Assembly (NCBI GenBank): GCA_002269645.1 | Contig: NIVC01000958.1 | Location: 1 to 64,000, forward strand | Length of the DNA: 64,000 nucleotides | Source of the DNA: Macrostomum lignano | Lineage: Eukaryota | Direction: 5' to 3' | Shown: positions 59,068 through 64,000 of the stretch, in pieces | Layout: every line of letters starts with the position of its first letter | Numbering within the stretch: the first letter of the stretch is position 1 | Made by a program: the position numbers and the translations under genes | The notes under the pieces: model-generated | Databases searched by the model: none | The model's input: only the letters and a program-made list of their open reading frames with translations | What the model was told of the DNA's origin: nothing

Positions 59068-62000
59068 TCAGTGATTCACTCGAATGGTGATCTCCCAGTA
59101 TTCGTCTGGATCCTCATAGTAGGTGCCGTCCTGGCTTGGAGTTCGCAGCTGCAGGGCATGCGGAGTTTCCAGCGTCGGCAGGTCAGCCGGTGAAGTCTGC
59201 TGCACTTGAGCCTGGGCCACCACCCAAGCTGCCGTTAATTCTTTCTAGAATAATTGGACAGGGAGACAAACAAAAATTGAATTGAATTGTGTTTCTGTCG
59301 TGCATGTCTTGCAATTCTAGCATTGCTTATTCAACTGCATAAAGTTGAAAATCAGAAAGTTCCACCTTGCCAAACCATCCTGTATAAATAACTATATGCA
59401 TAGCTAGCCTTAACTAAAACTGAACTGTCGATAAGATAAATGCCGAGATTTTTACTCAACCCAAACAGGTAGTTAGGACACTAAACATAGTAAGCAGAGG
59501 CTAATATAATAAACAGACAGAATTGATCAAGATTAGAACCATATCGTCATTAAATCACTTGTAGAACTTCGCCCACCACTCCTTCCCCTGCACGTGTACA
59601 AAGCATGACTTTATCGGGTGGCGATTCGGAATACTAAGATAAAGCTGAAGTTCATCATTGTGATTAACTTTGTGTCAAACTAAACTCGGTTTAACAGAGT
59701 AATAAGAGTGCAGAACAGGTAAGCATGGCCTTCAAAGTAATTCCATGACAGTTCAGCAATAGAAGCTGGCATGCGTCCAATAATGATGGCTCGTATTGAA
59801 GGCCATCCATCAAATCAGAGAGGGGTCGCTTTCAATAGCTCGAATTATCACATCGAAAGTTTATGCAGTCCATTTCATAATACCGCATTTTCACCAACCC
59901 AAAATTTCATTAACCCTTAAAGGGCTTGGAAAGTCTCCTGTCCCTCATTGTATTTCGACATAGTGAAAATATGGGTTTGTGAAATTTCGGCGTTGTGCGA
60001 TTTCTGGTCCGTGAAATTTCGAGCTAATGAAAGACAGTATCTTTCGACATTGTGAAGATTTGAGTTGGTGAAACAAAGAGTGGGTTAGCATAGTTTCCCA
60101 ATCGAACATGACTTATTTAAACTTCTCACTAAGTGTGTTGCTGACGTCACAAGCCTTTACAGAGGTGCTCATTAAAACTGACTCGCCTACCTGTCTCTTG
60201 ACTCGAGCCTGACCAGTACAGCATCCAGCTCCCAGTGCTCTCTGCCAGAAGTTCCCTGTTGAGTTTGACACCTTATTGACGCATAGGTAGACACCGGTGG
60301 AACCCACCATGAGCGCTGCGATCGCCAGGGTCACCACTCCGAAGAAGAACAACGCTTGAGTTTGCTTAGGACAGTCTGGATCGGATTCGCTGCTGGCTTG
60401 GGGTTTCAGAGTAAACGGAAACGTTGCAGAGCTGCTGATGTTGTAAACTGTCGTTCCTCGAAACGCCTGCCTTCCGCTGCAATGGATTCTCACAAAGATG
60501 CTGCTCCAACATACAGCCAGAGGAATCTTTGCGAGCTCCCACAGCTGAGCTGACGTTTGCTTCATGTTCTGCACGCTTGTGTTGCCACCAAAGTCAGCTG
60601 TGCACCGAACATCAGAAACATTCCATATGGAATCTGCTGCGTTGACCATGACGGACATGCTTCTGCCGTTCAACTTTGGTGGGGATATTTTCAAGCTTGT
60701 TTTGTCTGAAATGGAGATCACACATCCAGCTGACTAAAGCTTCAAATTTATCGAGTGTACACAAAATCAGTGAGGTCACAGAAAACTGCAGGCATTTGAC
60801 CTGCGCTGGTCTCTACGTCTGGGTACTCGACTCCTGACTGGTTGACCTGGCAGCGCACCAGCCAGCGGCTCCGGGCCATCCACCGGCTCACTGGCAGCTG
60901 GTGCTCGCTGCTGAAGTCCGCGCTCTGAGGATGGTTGAGGATGATTGCTGACCATGATAAAAATGACCTGATTCTAGTTCTGGAAGTGTGAAGCCGTGAA
61001 ATCGAAGCAAAGTCCAAGGAATTGATGATGTAGTGGAGAAGTTGGTAGTTGGAGAAAAACTGTAAAGTGGAGACTTCAATAGTAAAGTAGCATTAGGTTA
61101 TTTAGATTTTTCCGTCAACTTGTAAACCAATGCTCTCGACATTGGTTGCCACGATGAGGCTGAGCTGAAAAAATCCTGTAGCTCGTATATCAACTTGCTG
61201 CGCTTCTGTAAATCAACGAAGCTTAGTTAAAGCTGCGCATTGCCTTCTTCCTCATTCTCGCATCTCAGCTTGTATTCAAGATTTCTACTCTTGCTTTTAT
61301 TCCTACCTTATGCGAATGCATTCTGGGCGAAGTTGATAACGGAACTTTTCATGCTTCCAAACGCCTGCGACCTGACCAATATAGACAAAACTAGAAAGTA
61401 GAAGACAAAACAGCCGTGCAGGGCGAGCAGAAGACTTCTCCAAATTTTTTATTAACTAATTTGGTATGATCAATAATACAAATGGAAGGACGAAAAAACA
61501 TACGAGATACAACTAAAGTGAACTGCTGTATTCTTCGGCTCCGCTATTACATGCACATGTAGTTGACAGAAGTCCACCGTGAACGATGAGGAGGAGACGA
61601 TTGTCTGCACGTTTTGTATTTCCTTTGTAGAGCATTTAAAAGCGGCGATATTACTGACCAGGGAGTCTTTCTGGGTGAAAGAGCTTCTGCATCTACCTGC
61701 GTGTGTCGAATACTGCTCACTAAAAGGCATGAAGTGCTACAAATAAACTGTGAAGGACTTTTAAAAGGCTGTCTGTTGCTACTGTAGTTAACAATGCTGA
61801 TTAATAGTTTATGTGTTAGCTTATACTTCTATTAATACTGGTAAATAGATGCATAAAAACACAAGGACTCGATTAATTATTACATTCAGATTGTCTTCAC
61901 CTGCACTTTCTTGAGCAGCTGGGAGAATGGAGTTGCCGAGTCGATTAACCAGCAGCTGTGGCTGACGGGCCAGAAGCTGCAACTGTCTGACCTGACCCTG

Positions 62001-64000
62001 ACTGTCCTGACCTCGTGCTCGCGCCAGAACTCGGCCTGCTCAAGCTCAATCCGCGTCACGCAGGGCTCTGTAGAGAAAATACATTGGAACTTTGCACTGG
62101 ATAACGTACCAGGTACTCTGGATTGTTTCTCTCATTGGCTTACCGCTAATAGCTGTGATACTGTGACGCTTCACTACCGAGGTGACACTTCCAGTTGTTG
62201 CAAAACTTTCTTTGCAATTAATGTAATTAGCCTTCATCCACTTCGACACTGTGAAGGTAAACGTCGACTTCACAGAAAAGACAGGCAGGTTTTCCGAGTT
62301 CCAAGTGATCTTCCTTTCCTGTGAATTCGATAGTGAGTGAGAGAATGTGAAACACAATGCAGGATAAATCTGCCAAGCAGAACTTTGGTTGCTTACAATG
62401 GCTGCAGCTGTCAGAACCTCAGCCTGTGATGAAGGTGCATTCGAACTGCTAGCTCCGATCCAGCACAGGTGTCGCGGCTCCGGAGAAGAGTCTGCGGTGA
62501 TGAAGCTGACGGAAGCTGTTCTTCCGGACACCAACACAGCGGGAGGCGAAATGTCTGACTGATTTGGCGGAACTGAAAAGCGAATTTCTTGTCTCGTATT
62601 ACAGAGCGGCTTTAGTGGCTCCAATAAAAACATTGTGAGCTGAACTCACTTCGCAATAGCAGCATTCGCTCAAGTCTTGTATCTCTTTGACGTCCTCGAC
62701 TGCAGCTGAGCAGTGCGCCCTGATGCTCCAAGCTCGATGTGAATTCAAAAATTTGCTGACATTCTTCGTGGATCGTTCGCAACTGCAATGCCAGAATTTC
62801 TCTCTAATCGGAATTATACCGAATGAAAATTGATGTTCATGAAAACCTACATGATTGACCCTGAATTGTTTTCCATTGCGGTTCCGTATGCTGCAGTTAA
62901 GCCTTGAGCTGGTGGTTTTTAAGCCACAGTCCCGCACGGAAAAGCAGATGGGATCGCCGACAGAAGATTTTCCGATGTTGTCCAGACTGGCGCATATTTG
63001 AGTGTCAACGTCAAGCAGCTGCAGACAGGCGGGTCGACCTGAAAAAGGCGCGAGTTGACTACAGAACTCCAGACCAGAATCAATAATTTGAGCGCATTTA
63101 CCTGTCAGGTTGAGTGCAGACCACTGCAGGTCGCCTGAGCTGTTCTTCAGAAGAATGAAGGACACTGGGACCTGCCATTCAAGTTTGATAGCATTGGTCT
63201 TCTGAAGGCATTAACTAATATCTTAATGCATGCAAAATAAGACAACAGGTCTGTAGTGACAACCTGGACATTGAGCTGCCTCCACCGGACTCTGCTGCTG
63301 CCGAAGGCCTCCCAGCTGGCGCGGCACGGATCCTCCAGCTGCAGCTCCAGCGGAAGGCTCGAGGCTCCGACCGCTGACACGGGCGAGCCGACTGGAGCTG
63401 CTGCGAGCCACTGGCCATCTGCAACACGAGTGCTTGGCTGCTAGCTGGTCTCACACTGTCTCGAGTGCTAATTAGATGCTAGCTGGTCTCACACTGTCTC
63501 AGAGTGCTAATTAGATGCTAGCTGGTCTCACACTGTCTCAGAGTGCTAATTAGATGCTAGCTGGTCTCACACTGTCTCAGAGTGCTAATTGGATGCTAGC
63601 TAGCTGGTCTCATACTATCTCACATTGTGTCCCAGACTCCGTCTGCCTCATCATGCATCATGAGAATGAGTCGGTCAGCGTCACTCACCCCAGTCTCGCA
63701 CGCTCACCGCCTCCAGCATCATCGGCTGCCTCAGCTGCATCACAAGCCACCGAGGCCCGGACCGCACAGCAGCAGGGAATCGGTTTGTCTCTGACTGCCG
63801 ACTCTCCCACCAACGGCAGTGCGCACCGCTGGGTTGCCAGGTGCGCAGAACGTCAGCCCTGCTCAGCTGCACTGTGACTGAAGCATTTTGATTCAGCTGT
63901 CAGTATCTGTGGTTTTCGATTAAAGTTTTTCAAAACCTGCATATTCCTACAAAGATTATCAGCTCACCTTTTTGTTTTGTGGCAGTGCATTGAGCTTCTG
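59068..64000 (-). CDS. Type I membrane receptor, copy 3 (5' end beyond window)
   Basis: Signal-peptide exon truncated at 64000 (...EAQCTATKQK, donor at 63967); homologous exons; TM ALFFFGVVTLAIAALMVGSTGVYLCV; candidate terminal exon 59244-59068 with DGTYYEDPDEYWEIT; extra ~0.85-kb segment at 61000-61850. Confidence 0.75.

Larger units (their letters stand above)
41380..64000. repeat. Tandem segmental duplication, unit ~8.3-10.7 kb, at least 3 copies
   Basis: 41385 aligns with 49653 and 60376; 44230-47900 with 52690-57950; 47900-49500 with 57900-60200. Length differences come mostly from minisatellite copy number. Confidence 0.95.

Overview
Eukaryotic (invertebrate animal) genomic DNA with GC-rich exons, short spliceosomal introns and introns swollen by minisatellites. 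The texture resembles a Macrostomum-type flatworm genome, but the organism is an unverified inference. Left to right: (1) an intronless >833-aa Cys-rich plus 237-aa-repeat protein gene; (2) a TE-rich stretch (Kolobok-, hAT- and Mutator-like MITEs, a CORE-type SINE) with a TpA-rich, CpG-poor decayed ORF; (3) an intronless NADAR/YbiA N-glycosidase gene directly upstream of an 11-exon exocyst component 1 (EXOC1/Sec3) gene; (4) an uncharacterised Cys-rich membrane-protein locus head-to-head with a 5-exon nucleoside hydrolase; (5) from about 39.4 kb to the window end, a tandem array of three paralogous multi-exon type I membrane receptor genes on the minus strand. These have a signal peptide, a discoidin-like region, Ig-like domains and a TM helix. 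Their ectodomains are near-identical but the cytoplasmic tails differ, and two end in a conserved YYEDPDEYWEI tyrosine motif. Gene models were built by hand from splice sites and frame continuity; domain names come from motif resemblance, not database searches. Most long ORFs in the supplied track are minisatellite artefacts. No CRISPR, rRNA or true tRNA genes were found.
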